From the NCBI GenBank assembly GCA_963812155.1, contig CAWETW010000003.1, positions 224,001 through 288,000 of the forward strand: a stretch of DNA of 64,000 bases, read 5' to 3'. The notes under the pieces are model-generated. The model was not told the origin of the DNA and ran no database searches. It saw only the letters and a list, made by a program, of their open reading frames with translations. The translations under genes were made by a program, and so were the position numbers. This document shows, in pieces, positions 8,300 to 18,555 of the stretch (position 1 is the first letter of the stretch; the number at the start of each line of letters is the position of its first letter). This DNA is from Vulcanimicrobiota bacterium. GTDB taxonomy: Bacteria > Vulcanimicrobiota > Vulcanimicrobiia > Vulcanimicrobiales > Vulcanimicrobiaceae.

Positions 8300-10804
8300 G
8301 TGAATAACGACATCATCCATCAAGTCAACGTCGAAGACGAAATGCGAGAGAGCTATCTCTCGTATGCGATGTCGGTTATTGTCTCACGCGCGCTGCCCGA
8401 CGTGCGCGACGGCCTCAAACCGGTGCAACGGCGGATCCTCTACGCGATGCGCGAGATGGGCTTCGACCCGAGCAAACAGCACCGCAAGTGCGCTGGTATC
8501 ATTGGCGAAGTGCTCAAGAGTTATCACCCGCACGGCGACCAATCGGTGTACGACGCGCTGGTGCGGCTCGCGCAAGATTTTACGCTGCGCTATCCGCTCG
8601 TCGATGGCCACGGTAACTTCGGTTCGATCGACCCCGACCCGCCGGCGGCGTATCGCTACACCGAGGCGCGGCTGGCGCGCGCGGCGCTCGAAGTGCTGGC
8701 CGACATCGACAAAGAAACCGTCGGTTTCGTTCCCAACTTCGATAATCAAGGCGTCGAGCCGACCGTGCTGCCCGGACGCCTGCCGCAACTGCTCATCAAC
8801 GGCTCGTCCGGCATCGCCGTCGGAATGGCGACGAACGTTCCGCCGCACAATCTCGGCGAAATTTCCGATGCGGTCGCCGCACTCATCGACGATCCCGAGA
8901 CGAGCGACGACGCACTGGCCGACATCGTTAAAGGCCCCGACTTTCCGACCGGCGGAACGATTCTCGGGCACGAAGCGATCCGCGAAGCCTACAAAACGGG
9001 GCGCGGTTCGATCGCAATTCGCGGCAAGGCCGAGATTATCGAAGATCGGGGCAAGCACAAGATCGTCATCACCGAGATTCCGTATCAAGTGTACAAGTCG
9101 CGCATCATCGAGGCCATCGCCGAGGCGCATTCCGAAAAGCGCATCACCGGCATCGCGCGTCTCGACGACGAGTCGAACCGCAAGGGCATGCGCGTCGTGG
9201 TCGAACTGCAGAAATCCGCAACGCCGAAGGTCGTGCTCAACCAGCTCTTCAAGCATACGCCGCTGCAGGCGAGTTTCGGCTTCAACATGCTCGCGCTCGT
9301 GCCCGTCGGCGAGCCGCGCGCCAACGGTTCGGTGGCGCTCGAACCGCAGGTTCTCACGCTCAAACAACTGCTCGAGCATTTTATCGCCCACCGGCGCAAC
9401 GTCGTCACGCGCGCCAAACAATACGATTTGCGCAAAGCCGAAGAGCGCGCGCATCTGCTCGAAGGCTACCGCATCGCGCTCGACAATATCGACGAAGTCA
9501 TCGAAATCGTGCGCGCGAGCCAGACCACGGACGAAGCCAAGCGCCGGCTCGGCGAGCGCTTCAGCCTCACCGACGTGCAGGCGCAGGCGATCGTCGACAT
9601 GCGGCTGCGCACGCTCGTCGGTCTCGAGCGCAAGAAGATCGAAGACGAGTACGCCGAGGTGATAAAAAATATCGCCGATCTGCAAGACATCCTGCGCAGC
9701 CCGCGGCGGATCGCGCAGATCGTCAAGAGCGAAACGCTCGAGATCAAGCGGCGCTTCGGCGATCCGCGCCGCACGGCAATCGAAGCGGCCGAGGACGAGA
9801 TCTCGATGGAACAGCTCGTTCCGAACATCGAGGTCGTCGTGACGTACACCGTCGGCGGCTACATCAAGCGCGTGAGCCTCGACACGTTCCGCACGCAAAA
9901 TCGCGGCGGCCGCGGCGTCATCGGCATCTCGAATCTAAAGCGCGAAGACGTCGTGCGCAACTTCTTCGTGACCAAAACGCACGACCACGTGCTGTTCTTT
10001 ACCAATAAAGGGCGCGTCTACCGGCTGCGCGGCTACGAGATTCCCGATACCACGCGACAAGCGCGCGGGACCGCGCTTGTGAATTTGCTGACGCTGCCGC
10101 CGGGCGAGGAAGTGACGGCCGTCTTCCCGATCGATACGTTCGGCGGCGAGAAGTATCTCGTGATGGTGACCAAGCGCGGCGTCATCAAGAAATCGAAGCT
10201 CGAAGATTTCGCGAACGTGCGGCGCAACGGACTCATCTCGATTAATCTCGACGAGGGCGACGAACTGCTGGCGGTCGATCTCTCCGACGGATCGCACGAC
10301 ATCATCCTCGGCTCGACGCAAGGCATGGCGGTTCATTTCAACGAGAAAAACGTGCGGCCGATGGGGCGTACGGCGCGCGGCGTAAAGGCGATGACGCTCG
10401 AGCGCGGCGACACGATCGTCGCGATGGACGTCATCGCCGACGGTCGCCGCGAAGTGCTGCTCGTCACGTCGCTGGCGTTCGGCAAACGCACGCCCATCGA
10501 CGAGTACCGCCACACCTCGCGCGGCGGCAAGGGCGTCAAAGCGTTCGCCCGTCAGCGCGACGACATCGGCCAAGTCGTCGATCAAATTCTCGTCGCGCCC
10601 GACGACCAGATTCTCATGATCACGTCGGGCAATCAGGTCATTCGCCTGAAGGTCTCGGAAATTCGCAAGACCGGCCGCGACGCGAAGGGCGTTCGCTTGC
10701 AGCGCCTGGGCGACGGCGAGGAGGTCATCGCGGTGACCAATCTCGGAAAACAGGCCAAACAGCTCACCGATATCACTGGCGAACCCACGCAACCCGAACT
10801 ATGA
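8300..10804 (+). CDS. gyrA: DNA gyrase subunit A
   Basis: [26 protein letters not shown] catalytic Tyr, GyrA-box QNRGGRG, C-terminal pinwheel repeats. Confidence 0.97.
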   Translation: MNNDIIHQVNVEDEMRESYLSYAMSVIVSRALPDVRDGLKPVQRRILYAMREMGFDPSKQHRKCAGIIGEVLKSYHPHGDQSVYDALVRLAQDFTLRYPLVDGHGNFGSIDPDPPAAYRYTEARLARAALEVLADIDKETVGFVPNFDNQGVEPTVLPGRLPQLLINGSSGIAVGMATNVPPHNLGEISDAVAALIDDPETSDDALADIVKGPDFPTGGTILGHEAIREAYKTGRGSIAIRGKAEIIEDRGKHKIVITEIPYQVYKSRIIEAIAEAHSEKRITGIARLDDESNRKGMRVVVELQKSATPKVVLNQLFKHTPLQASFGFNMLALVPVGEPRANGSVALEPQVLTLKQLLEHFIAHRRNVVTRAKQYDLRKAEERAHLLEGYRIALDNIDEVIEIVRASQTTDEAKRRLGERFSLTDVQAQAIVDMRLRTLVGLERKKIEDEYAEVIKNIADLQDILRSPRRIAQIVKSETLEIKRRFGDPRRTAIEAAEDEISMEQLVPNIEVVVTYTVGGYIKRVSLDTFRTQNRGGRGVIGISNLKREDVVRNFFVTKTHDHVLFFTNKGRVYRLRGYEIPDTTRQARGTALVNLLTLPPGEEVTAVFPIDTFGGEKYLVMVTKRGVIKKSKLEDFANVRRNGLISINLDEGDELLAVDLSDGSHDIILGSTQGMAVHFNEKNVRPMGRTARGVKAMTLERGDTIVAMDVIADGRREVLLVTSLAFGKRTPIDEYRHTSRGGKGVKAFARQRDDIGQVVDQILVAPDDQILMITSGNQVIRLKVSEIRKTGRDAKGVRLQRLGDGEEVIAVTNLGKQAKQLTDITGEPTQPEL

Positions 10805-10845
10805 CGAAGCGTGTTTAACCCAACGGAGGATTTGAAGAACATTCT

Positions 10846-11172
10846 ATGAGTGCGCTAGCCGACGTTACCCAGGCCGACTTCGAGCGCGAAGTGTTGCAGA
10901 GCGCCCAGCCGGTACTGGTAGATTTTTGGGCCCCGTGGTGCGGTCCGTGCAAGATGCTCGGTCCGGTCGTCGAGAAAGTCGCCGCGGCCAATGCCGGCAA
11001 AGCGAAATTCCTGAAGCTCAATACCGACGACAACCCCGCGCTTGCCGGGCAGTATCAGGTGTCGGGCATTCCGTGCCTCATCCTCTTCAAAGGCGGCCAA
11101 GCGGTCGACCGCATCGTCGGGTACGTTCCTGAGAACACGATATCCGCGATGCTCGGCAAGCACGTCGCCTGA
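10846..11172 (+). CDS. trxA: Thioredoxin
   Basis: VLVDFWAPWCGPCK; SD GGAGG upstream. Confidence 0.97.
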   Translation: MSALADVTQADFEREVLQSAQPVLVDFWAPWCGPCKMLGPVVEKVAAANAGKAKFLKLNTDDNPALAGQYQVSGIPCLILFKGGQAVDRIVGYVPENTISAMLGKHVA

Positions 11173-11197
11173 CGATGCGCGCCGGCGCCTGCCGGCG

Positions 11198-12499
11198 ATG
11201 CACCGGGTGCTCGAGCAGCCCGCGGTCGCACGCTACGAAGCGGCGCTCGGACGCGAAACGGTCAAACGCGCGGTGGAGCGAGTGCTCGACCGCGCGCGTT
11301 CTTTTCCGGAGGCGCCGGACGGCGATGCGTTGACTGCGGAGGTCGTCGCGGAGCTCGACGGCATCGCGCTGCAGAATCTCGTGCCCGCCGTCAACGCGAC
11401 CGGCATCCTCGCGCACACGAATCTCGGCCGCGTACCGCTCGCGCGCGAAGCGCTGGACGCGGTCGAACGCATGTCGCAGGGCTACTCGAATCTCGAATAC
11501 GATCTCAGCGAAGGACGGCGCGGGTCGCGCTACGATCGCGTCGTTGGTCTAGTCTGCGAGTTGACGAGTGCGGATGCGGCGCTGATCGTCAATAACTGCG
11601 CAGCAGCCGTGCTGCTCGTTCTCGACACGTTCGCGAAGGGCCGCGAAGTCGTGGTTGCGCGCGGACAGCTCGTCGAAATCGGCGGCGGATTTCGCCTGCC
11701 CGAAGTGCTCGAGCGCAGCGGTGCGCTGCTGCGCGAAGTGGGCACGACCAATCGCGTCTACGTGCGCGACTATGAAGCCGCACTCTCGCCGCAAACGGCG
11801 CTGCTGCTGCGCACGCATCCGTCGAACTACCGGATTGAAGGCTTTGCCGAGGACGTTCGCGGCGACGAACTCGTCGCGCTCGCGCGGCGCGCGGGCGTGC
11901 CGGTCGTCGAGGATCTCGGCAACGGGGCGCTCGTCGATCTCGAAGAATACGGGTTGCCGCACGAACGCACGGTGCACGACGCCTTATCCGAAGGCATGAC
12001 GCTCGTCACGTTTTCGGGCGACAAACTGCTGGGCGGTCCGCAGGCGGGCATCGTGGTCGGAAATGCGCGCGCGATCGCGCGCATGCGAACCAATCCTTTG
12101 CTGCGCGCGCTGCGCGTCGACAAGATGACGCTCGCGGCGCTGGCCGCGACGCTGCGCCTCCATCGCACGCCGCAATCGCGCGCGCAAATACCGTTTTATC
12201 GTATGCTGGGCGCGACGCTCGACGATCTCCGCGCGCGTGCAGGCGCGTATCTCGCAGCGATTCCCGGCGCAAACGTCGTGGAGAGCGACGCGTATGCGGG
12301 CGGCGGTGCGCTGCCGCAGACGCGGATTGCGTCGCTGGCGATCGCGCTTCCGGTGGCACGCGCCGGCGAGAGGGCGGCGAGCCTGCGCCGGGCCGAACCG
12401 GCGATCGTCACCCGCATCGCCGACGGCTGCGTGCTCCTCGATTTGCGCACGATCGCCCCCGCTGAAGACGCTGCCGTCATCGCCGCCCTCAGCCGCTAA
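11198..12499 (+). CDS. selA: L-seryl-tRNA(Sec) selenium transferase
   Basis: NATGILAHTNLGR, SNLEYDL..G.RGSR, VNNCAAAV, RGQLVEIGGGFR, EVGTTNR, FSGDKLLGGPQAG. The true start may be ACG 11162. Confidence 0.95.
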   Translation: MHRVLEQPAVARYEAALGRETVKRAVERVLDRARSFPEAPDGDALTAEVVAELDGIALQNLVPAVNATGILAHTNLGRVPLAREALDAVERMSQGYSNLEYDLSEGRRGSRYDRVVGLVCELTSADAALIVNNCAAAVLLVLDTFAKGREVVVARGQLVEIGGGFRLPEVLERSGALLREVGTTNRVYVRDYEAALSPQTALLLRTHPSNYRIEGFAEDVRGDELVALARRAGVPVVEDLGNGALVDLEEYGLPHERTVHDALSEGMTLVTFSGDKLLGGPQAGIVVGNARAIARMRTNPLLRALRVDKMTLAALAATLRLHRTPQSRAQIPFYRMLGATLDDLRARAGAYLAAIPGANVVESDAYAGGGALPQTRIASLAIALPVARAGERAASLRRAEPAIVTRIADGCVLLDLRTIAPAEDAAVIAALSR

Positions 12500-12542
12500 A
12501 AGCGTACAAGACGTTCCTTGCCGGCGGCGGTACGCTCGGTGC

Positions 12543-13433
12543 ATGAAACGTTCGCATATCCTCGGACAAGCCGCGGCCTTGGGCCTTTTCAGCGTGTTGC
12601 CGCTGAAAGCAAGTGCGAAGACGGCGGAAGCCGCCGTGCCGATTTCGCCCCTCGCGCCGCCGGACGACGGCGTTCCGGTGGCGTTTTTGCTCTCCAGCGG
12701 CGCGGTCATGATCGATTTCGCGGGGCCATGGGAAGTCTTCCAAGACGCGCACGTCATGGGACGGGCGAAACCGGCTTTCAATCTCTACACCGTTGCGGAA
12801 ACGACGAAGCCCGTCGTGGTGAGCCATGGCGCGACGATCGTGCCTAAGTTCGCCTTCGGTGACGCCCCCGCGCCGAAAGTCGTCGTCGTTCCGGCGCAAT
12901 CGGATCCGACCGCTGCGGCCAAACATTGGTTGCTGGGCGCGGCGCGTCACGCCGACGTGGTCATGTCGGTCTGCACCGGCGCGCTCGTGTTGGCGCAAGT
13001 GGGTTTGCTCGATGGTCGCAGGGTCACGACCCACCATAGCGCCTTCAGGACGCTTGCAATGCAGTATCCCAAGGTGACGGTCGTCCGGGGCGTCCGATTC
13101 GTCGACGACGGTTCCATCGCCACGTCGGCAGGGCTTTCAGCCGGAATCGATCTCGCCTTGCACGTCGTGGCGCGCTATTATGGTGCGAAGGCGGCACGTT
13201 TGACGGCGTACGACATGGAATACCAGAGCAACAGCTGGCGCGACGCGAGTAACGCCGCCTACCGTAAGCCGCCGGTCGCATTGGCGGGCGCGGCGACGTG
13301 CCCGGTCTGCTGGATGACGATCGATCCGAAAAACTCGCCCTCGCTATCGTATCGCGGAGTTCGTTATTATTTCTGCATGCCCGCGCATCAGCAGCTCTTC
13401 GCCAGCGCTCCGCAGCGCTTTTTGAATGCATAG
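12543..13433 (+). CDS. Exported DJ-1/PfpI family protein with C-terminal YHS domain
   Basis: Signal-like N-terminus; DFAGPWEVF, SVCTGA nucleophile Cys, TSAGLSAGID; tail CPVCWM...YRGVRYYFC. Confidence 0.85.
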   Translation: MKRSHILGQAAALGLFSVLPLKASAKTAEAAVPISPLAPPDDGVPVAFLLSSGAVMIDFAGPWEVFQDAHVMGRAKPAFNLYTVAETTKPVVVSHGATIVPKFAFGDAPAPKVVVVPAQSDPTAAAKHWLLGAARHADVVMSVCTGALVLAQVGLLDGRRVTTHHSAFRTLAMQYPKVTVVRGVRFVDDGSIATSAGLSAGIDLALHVVARYYGAKAARLTAYDMEYQSNSWRDASNAAYRKPPVALAGAATCPVCWMTIDPKNSPSLSYRGVRYYFCMPAHQQLFASAPQRFLNA

Positions 13434-14260
13434 CTTCCCGCCGGGCTACTATACCGGTGAAAGCACGACGTGGGAAGCGGCGGACGTTTTGCTCACCGAG
13501 GTCCGGCACGCGGTCGCGAAGTCGGTCGCTCCGCATCAACACGAGGCGCCGTATTTCAGTTTGCTTCTGGAGGGCGCCTACGAAGAGTGCGGTGAGGATT
13601 TCGACCTTGCGTTACGAGCCCTACACGCTGGTCTTTCACTCGGCCGGGACGACGCATCAGGATCGAATTCTTGGAGCCTGCCGGTTCTTCGCAATCGATC
13701 TGCTGCCGAGATGGGAGGGCGTGATCGGCGAACTCGGTGGCGCGCGCGCGCACGTCTTCGAGTTATCCGGCGGCGACCCGGTGTGGCTCGTGCTGCGTCT
13801 CTACCGCGAGTTTTTGGCGCGGGCGGACGGCGCGAAAGCGACGATCGAAGCGCTCGTTTACGAACTTTGCGGTCACGTCGTCAAGCGATCGAGCGATGAG
13901 TTTCGCGAGCCGTCATGGCTATCGGTAGCCGACGCCGCAGTGTGCGAACGATTTCGGCAGCCATTCGATCTCGCAGCGCTCGCGTCGCAAGCCGGCGTCC
14001 ATCCGACGCACCTCTGCCGAGCCTTTCGCCGCTTCCGCGGTCATACGATCTCCGATGCGATAATCGGAGCGCGGGTCCAGTACGTCGCCCGCCGGCTCAC
14101 CGACTCGGAAGAACCGCTCGCGGATATTGCGATCGAAGCCGGCTTTACCGATCAAAGCCACATGTCGAAGGTTTTCAAGCGGATTACCGGCTACGCGCCC
14201 GGCGAACATCGGCAGTCCGCATCCTCGGCGCGTTCCAGCGCGAGACTGACGGCGATGTAG
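13426..14260 (+). CDS. AraC family transcriptional regulator; frameshifted near 13605
   Basis: N-terminal cupin HQHE in ORF 13426; C-terminal HTH GVHPTHLCRAFRR...IAIEAGFTDQSHMSKVFKRITG in the next frame. Confidence 0.85.
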
Positions 14261-15072
14261 TCGCGATCGCCGATGCCGGTCGCAACCGCTTCTTCGAACT
14301 CCGCAAGCGCCGCCTCCATCAGCGGCGCGCTTGCATGCAAACGCTGCCTGGAAGCGCGCGCCAGCCGTAAATCCTTGAGCAGCGCGTTCGCCGAAAAGCG
14401 CGGTTCGGTATCGCCTTCGATCAGCTGCCCGCGCTTGGTCGCAACGCGTTCCAGCGCCGTAGCGAGCGTCTCGACGGCCAGCGTGCGATCGACGCCGGCT
14501 CGCCCCATGATGGCGAGCAGTTCGCCGATGGCTCCGGCATTCACGCACAGGAGCGCGTTGTAGGCGAGTTTGAGATGGCCGCTGGCCGCCGGCGAAGCGG
14601 TAAACGTGATCGTCGAGCCGATCGCGCCTAAGAGTTCGCGTGCGCGCTCGAACGCCTCGGCGTTGCCTCCCGGGAGGAGCGTCAGCGTGCCGTTGCGCGC
14701 GCCGTCAACGCTGCCTAACACGGGACACGCGAGGAAATCCACGTCGCGTTGCGCGGCAGCCGTTGCCAGCGATTCATACATCTCCGGCGAAAGCGTCGAG
14801 CACTCGATAACGAGGCTGCCGTTGCGCGCGGCCGGGATGATGCGGCCGAGAGAAATCGCTCGCGCGACGTCGTCGTCCCACAAGCTGGCGATCGTGACGT
14901 CCACGCTGGTGACGAGCGCTTCGAGGTGCTCGAACGGCGTCGCGCCCGCCGCGACCGCCGTCTGCATCATGCCGGGATCCACGTTCCACACCGAAACGCC
15001 GTGGCCGCGATCGCGCAAGTTGCACGCAATCGCAGTGCCCATTTTACCCGTGCCCGCAATCCCGACGTGCAT
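14191..15072 (-). CDS. NAD(P)-dependent beta-hydroxyacid dehydrogenase family oxidoreductase
   Basis: MHVGIAGTGKMG, ECSTLSP, CPVLGS, KLAYN, KDLRLA. Confidence 0.88.
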   Translation of the reverse strand: MHVGIAGTGKMGTAIACNLRDRGHGVSVWNVDPGMMQTAVAAGATPFEHLEALVTSVDVTIASLWDDDVARAISLGRIIPAARNGSLVIECSTLSPEMYESLATAAAQRDVDFLACPVLGSVDGARNGTLTLLPGGNAEAFERARELLGAIGSTITFTASPAASGHLKLAYNALLCVNAGAIGELLAIMGRAGVDRTLAVETLATALERVATKRGQLIEGDTEPRFSANALLKDLRLARASRQRLHASAPLMEAALAEFEEAVATGIGDRDYIAVSLALERAEDADCRCSPGA

Positions 15073-15088
15073 CGTCAACGCACTTGCC

Positions 15089-15865
15089 TCACAAACCCGG
15101 AATGACGCCAGGCGCGACGAGGGCGGCGACGGCGAGGAGGGCGAGTGCCGCGCCGGCCGGCGCAACGATGCGCTCGCCCGCGGGCGTAGCCTTTTCGGCG
15201 TACATCAGCGCCGCGAGCACGCCCATCCACGCCAAATGCGCGACGCCCGCCGCAAACATCACGAGCATCAGCGCCCAACAGCAGCCCACGCAAAAAAGCG
15301 CGTGGCCGAAGCCGATCCGAAATCCGTTGAGCGCGCCGCGGCGATACCGGCTCATTAGATAGAGGCCGGGATGACGGCAGGCTTTCAGGCACGCGTCTTT
15401 GAGCGGGGTGAACTGATAGATTGCAGCGAGTGCGAGTGTCGCCGCGGGTATCAGCGTTGCGTGCGCCGACAGCCACGGCCATGCGTCTACGAGCCGGTGC
15501 ACCTGCATGTCGCCGGCAAAGGCGGCCAGCGCGAAGGCCGTCCAGACGAAGAAGTACGCGCCCAAGAACGCACACAGCGCGACCGGAAAATCCGGCGCGC
15601 GTGCGGCGGTCGCCGCGTAGAGCCGGATGAACGCCAGCGACGACGGCAGCATCATCGCGACCGTCATGAACTGCCATGCGGCAAGCACGACGAGTGCGTT
15701 CAGCCAAAACGGACGTGCGCTTTCGTAGAGCGCGTGATGGTGCAGTTGCGCCGCAATGCCGCTGAACTCGGCCCACGCGCAAGTCGCCCAGGCGGCTGCG
15801 ATGACGCCACCGAGAACCGCGGTCGTGTTGAAGCGCGCGGAGCGGTGCGCCGCGTTGGCCGCCAT
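15089..15865 (-). CDS. DUF2182 predicted metal-binding integral membrane protein
   Basis: WQFMTVAMMLPS, YQFTPLKDACLKACRHP, CVGCCWALM, EK. Confidence 0.88.
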   Translation of the reverse strand: MAANAAHRSARFNTTAVLGGVIAAAWATCAWAEFSGIAAQLHHHALYESARPFWLNALVVLAAWQFMTVAMMLPSSLAFIRLYAATAARAPDFPVALCAFLGAYFFVWTAFALAAFAGDMQVHRLVDAWPWLSAHATLIPAATLALAAIYQFTPLKDACLKACRHPGLYLMSRYRRGALNGFRIGFGHALFCVGCCWALMLVMFAAGVAHLAWMGVLAALMYAEKATPAGERIVAPAGAALALLAVAALVAPGVIPGL

Positions 15866-15869
15866 AACG

Positions 15870-16511
15870 TCAGCCTTCGAGGAGAAACTCGCCCTGAATT
15901 GCGTTGCGATCCTTGAACGTCCACACCATCCCGTGCTCCGGAATGTTCACGACGTGTTCCGACGCCTTCGCAACGACCGCGGGTGACCCGGGTATGGTGC
16001 TGAACAGGCTATCGCGCAGCGTCGTGATCGCGCCGTACGGGCTGCGATACGGCGCCATCGTCGCGCGAAGTTTGTCGCCGATGACGAGCGTGCCCTCACC
16101 GTTCTTCGTGTTGTGTTCGATCGGCGCCGTCTCGATTGCGACGTCTTCGGCGATCAAGCCGTTGAGGTCGGCAAGCGGTCCGCCCAAACGGCCGTGCCAA
16201 GCCGCCAAAATCGCGTCTTTCTGCGCGCCGGTCGCGCGCGAGTCGACGTAGCTGACGCGCTTCCAGCTCTTCGGCGTGAGAACGTTTCCCGGAATCTTCA
16301 CGACCTGCACGTAGTTGAGTCCGGTCACGTCGACGCCGTCGATCTCGCCTTTATCAATGTGATAGGCGAGAAATGAGTCGCAGGAGCCGCCGTCGGGATC
16401 TTCGCCGATCCAGCAACGGCAGAGCGTCCGGCACGAACACGCTTCGATGAGCGTGCCTTGCACGCTATACGCTTTTCCGGCACTCTTCTTACTGTCTTGA
16501 GTCTGGGTCAT
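15870..16511 (-). CDS. DUF1326 family protein
   Basis: EACSC...CRC...C N-terminal Cys cluster, HIDKG..DGVDVTGL, G..GGP; adjacent to DUF2182 as usual. Confidence 0.88.
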   Translation of the reverse strand: MTQTQDSKKSAGKAYSVQGTLIEACSCRTLCRCWIGEDPDGGSCDSFLAYHIDKGEIDGVDVTGLNYVQVVKIPGNVLTPKSWKRVSYVDSRATGAQKDAILAAWHGRLGGPLADLNGLIAEDVAIETAPIEHNTKNGEGTLVIGDKLRATMAPYRSPYGAITTLRDSLFSTIPGSPAVVAKASEHVVNIPEHGMVWTFKDRNAIQGEFLLEG

Positions 16512-16662
16512 GGCTTGCTCCCCCTCGGACGCGATTGCTTCCAGCACGCGCCGCTTGCCCCTGGCTGCGCTGCCGTTTCAGCGTCACAGGGATAGGTTCT
16601 CGCACTTAGCGCCCCGAAGCCGGGGCGGCCCTGAGTTCTACTCGTCTTCCAGGAGAAATGTG

Positions 16663-17346
16663 ATGACTACGATCGCGACGCAAGGCCCGGCCTTGCGCAT
16701 CAACGATACCGCGCCGAATTTTACCGCCGAAACGACCGAAGGAACGATCGACTTTCACGAGTGGATCGGCGACGGTTGGGCGATCTTGTTTTCGCATCCC
16801 AAGAATTTTACGCCGGTCTGCACCACCGAACTCGGTTACCTGGCCGGGTTGAAAGACGAGTTTACCAACCGCAACACGAAAATTTTGGGGCTGAGCGTCG
16901 ATCGCGTGGTGGACCATGCGAAGTGGGCCGACGACATCGAAGAGACGCAGGGCCACAAACTCAACTATCCGTTGATCGCCGACTCCGACCTCAAGGTGGC
17001 CAAACTTTACGGCATGCTTCCGGCCGACGCCGGCGACACGTCGGACGGCCGCACTTCGGCGGACAACCTAACCGTCCGTACGGTCTTCGTCATCGGTCCG
17101 GATAAGAAGATTAAACTCATGCTGATCTATCCGGTCAGCACCGGCCGCAACTTCGACGAAGTGCTGCGCGTGCTCGACTCACTTCAGCTCGCCGATAAAC
17201 ATCGGGTCGCGACGCCGGTGAACTGGAAGCCGGGCGACGACGTCATCATCGCGAACGCCGTTTCGGACGACGAGGCGCGCCAAATTTTCCCGGATGGATG
17301 GAAAGCACCGAAGCCGTATTTGCGCATCGTCCCGCAACCGAAGTAA
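16663..17346 (+). CDS. 1-Cys peroxiredoxin (Prx6 type)
   Basis: FSHPKNFTPVCTTE, TGRNFDEVLRVLDSLQL, ATPVNWKPG. Confidence 0.93.
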   Translation: MTTIATQGPALRINDTAPNFTAETTEGTIDFHEWIGDGWAILFSHPKNFTPVCTTELGYLAGLKDEFTNRNTKILGLSVDRVVDHAKWADDIEETQGHKLNYPLIADSDLKVAKLYGMLPADAGDTSDGRTSADNLTVRTVFVIGPDKKIKLMLIYPVSTGRNFDEVLRVLDSLQLADKHRVATPVNWKPGDDVIIANAVSDDEARQIFPDGWKAPKPYLRIVPQPK

Positions 17347-17362
17347 CGCGCGACCGCGCTTT

Positions 17363-17971
17363 CTAGGAACGGGCGAAAATCAAGAGTGCCGTGAAGTCGT
17401 GATTGTCGGCGGCTCGTAACGCTTCGATGTATCTTGCGCGAGTCTGATGTGCATCGGTCAGGTTTGCTCGCCCCCACGTGAAAGGCGGTCGACCGAGTTG
17501 CTGAGCGAGAAGATCGCCGGCAAGGCGTGAAAACCGCCCGTTGCCGTTTGCGAACGGGTGAATGGCTACAAGGCGATGACTGAACCGCGTAGCGATTTCG
17601 TCAGGCGGATAGGTGCCGTGCTCAACCCAGTACCGCGCGTCGTCGATGGCCTGCTGCAGGTCTGGCGCAATTCGGTACGCATCGACGCCGATATTCCGCT
17701 CCGTCGTACGATATCGTCCCGCCCAGCGCCACACGTCTTCGAACATCTTCTGGTGCAGCTCGCATAGAAAACTACGATCCAGGATATCCCGCTTGCGAGC
17801 ATTGGTCCATTGCAGGGCAGCGGCTATATTGACTTGCTCGGCTTCGTTGAGTTCGTGTCGCAGCGTGACGTAGGACGGGATGAGCTCTTCGCGCTCGTCG
17901 GCGGTTATTGGCGTGTTGGCCTCGTCATCACCATCAAACAGACGATCGGACACGATGACCTTTTCGCTCAT
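17363..17971 (-). CDS. Mobile mystery protein B (Fic family)
   Basis: TP...ERE.LIP......ELNEAEQ.NI; Fic motif HPFANGNGRFSR. Confidence 0.88.
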   Translation of the reverse strand: MSEKVIVSDRLFDGDDEANTPITADEREELIPSYVTLRHELNEAEQVNIAAALQWTNARKRDILDRSFLCELHQKMFEDVWRWAGRYRTTERNIGVDAYRIAPDLQQAIDDARYWVEHGTYPPDEIATRFSHRLVAIHPFANGNGRFSRLAGDLLAQQLGRPPFTWGRANLTDAHQTRARYIEALRAADNHDFTALLIFARS

Positions 17972-18425
17972 CCCACAGGCCACGCAGTGAGCCGGAAAGG
18001 ATTCGGTCGACCATGCGACTCTGTTCTGCTTTGAGATCGGACGCCAGAAGCGTTTGATTTTCCAGTCGCATCGTGTGATCGAGGCGCACGATGTCGTCCC
18101 GCGCTTTTTGTAACGCGCGCTCGCGCAGTAAGGCGTCTAGCGGCTCGACCGGCACGAAAGCGTAAACAAAGGCGCAGTTCATTGCCGTCGCGGTCTGGCG
18201 TAACGTTCGTAGCGTGGTCGCGCCGGAGACTTCGGCCTGCTCGATGACCGGAATACGTGACGGCGCAACGCCGATCCGAGCGGCGAGCTGCCGTGCGGTC
18301 ATGCCTAGCGACTCGCGAATGGCCTTGATCCAGCCTTTGGGCGGTGGTTCGAAGGCTACGTTGCGGAGGGGAGCCAGGCGCCGTTCCAGCTGCTTCCGAG
18401 CAAGCGCCGCTTGAGTATTGTTCAT
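17934..18425 (-). CDS. Mobile mystery protein A (XRE-type HTH)
   Basis: PPKGWIKAIRESLGMTARQLAARIGV, HTMRLENQ, GLWD; directly upstream of protein B. Confidence 0.88.
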   Translation of the reverse strand: MNNTQAALARKQLERRLAPLRNVAFEPPPKGWIKAIRESLGMTARQLAARIGVAPSRIPVIEQAEVSGATTLRTLRQTATAMNCAFVYAFVPVEPLDALLRERALQKARDDIVRLDHTMRLENQTLLASDLKAEQSRMVDRILSGSLRGLWDERKGHRVRSSV

Positions 18426-18555
18426 ATATAAGTGTCCTGTTGCGAGCAATAGTAACATATAAATAGTAATATTTCAAGTCAAAAGGAACATGTTTATGTG
18501 AACGTTCCCCGCGTAGGCCAGCCTCCCGCCGTATCAAGAGCGAGTTTCCAGCGCC

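Noticed and set aside
14191..14260. 70-nt tail-to-tail overlap of AraC and dehydrogenase genes (also the 4-nt overlap at 55799-55802)
   Set aside because: Short convergent overlaps are common in GC-rich genomes; there is no evidence of function.
18480..18510. LexA box upstream of mobile mystery protein A
   Set aside because: The GAAC/GTTC half-sites do not have the N4 or N7 spacing of known LexA boxes.
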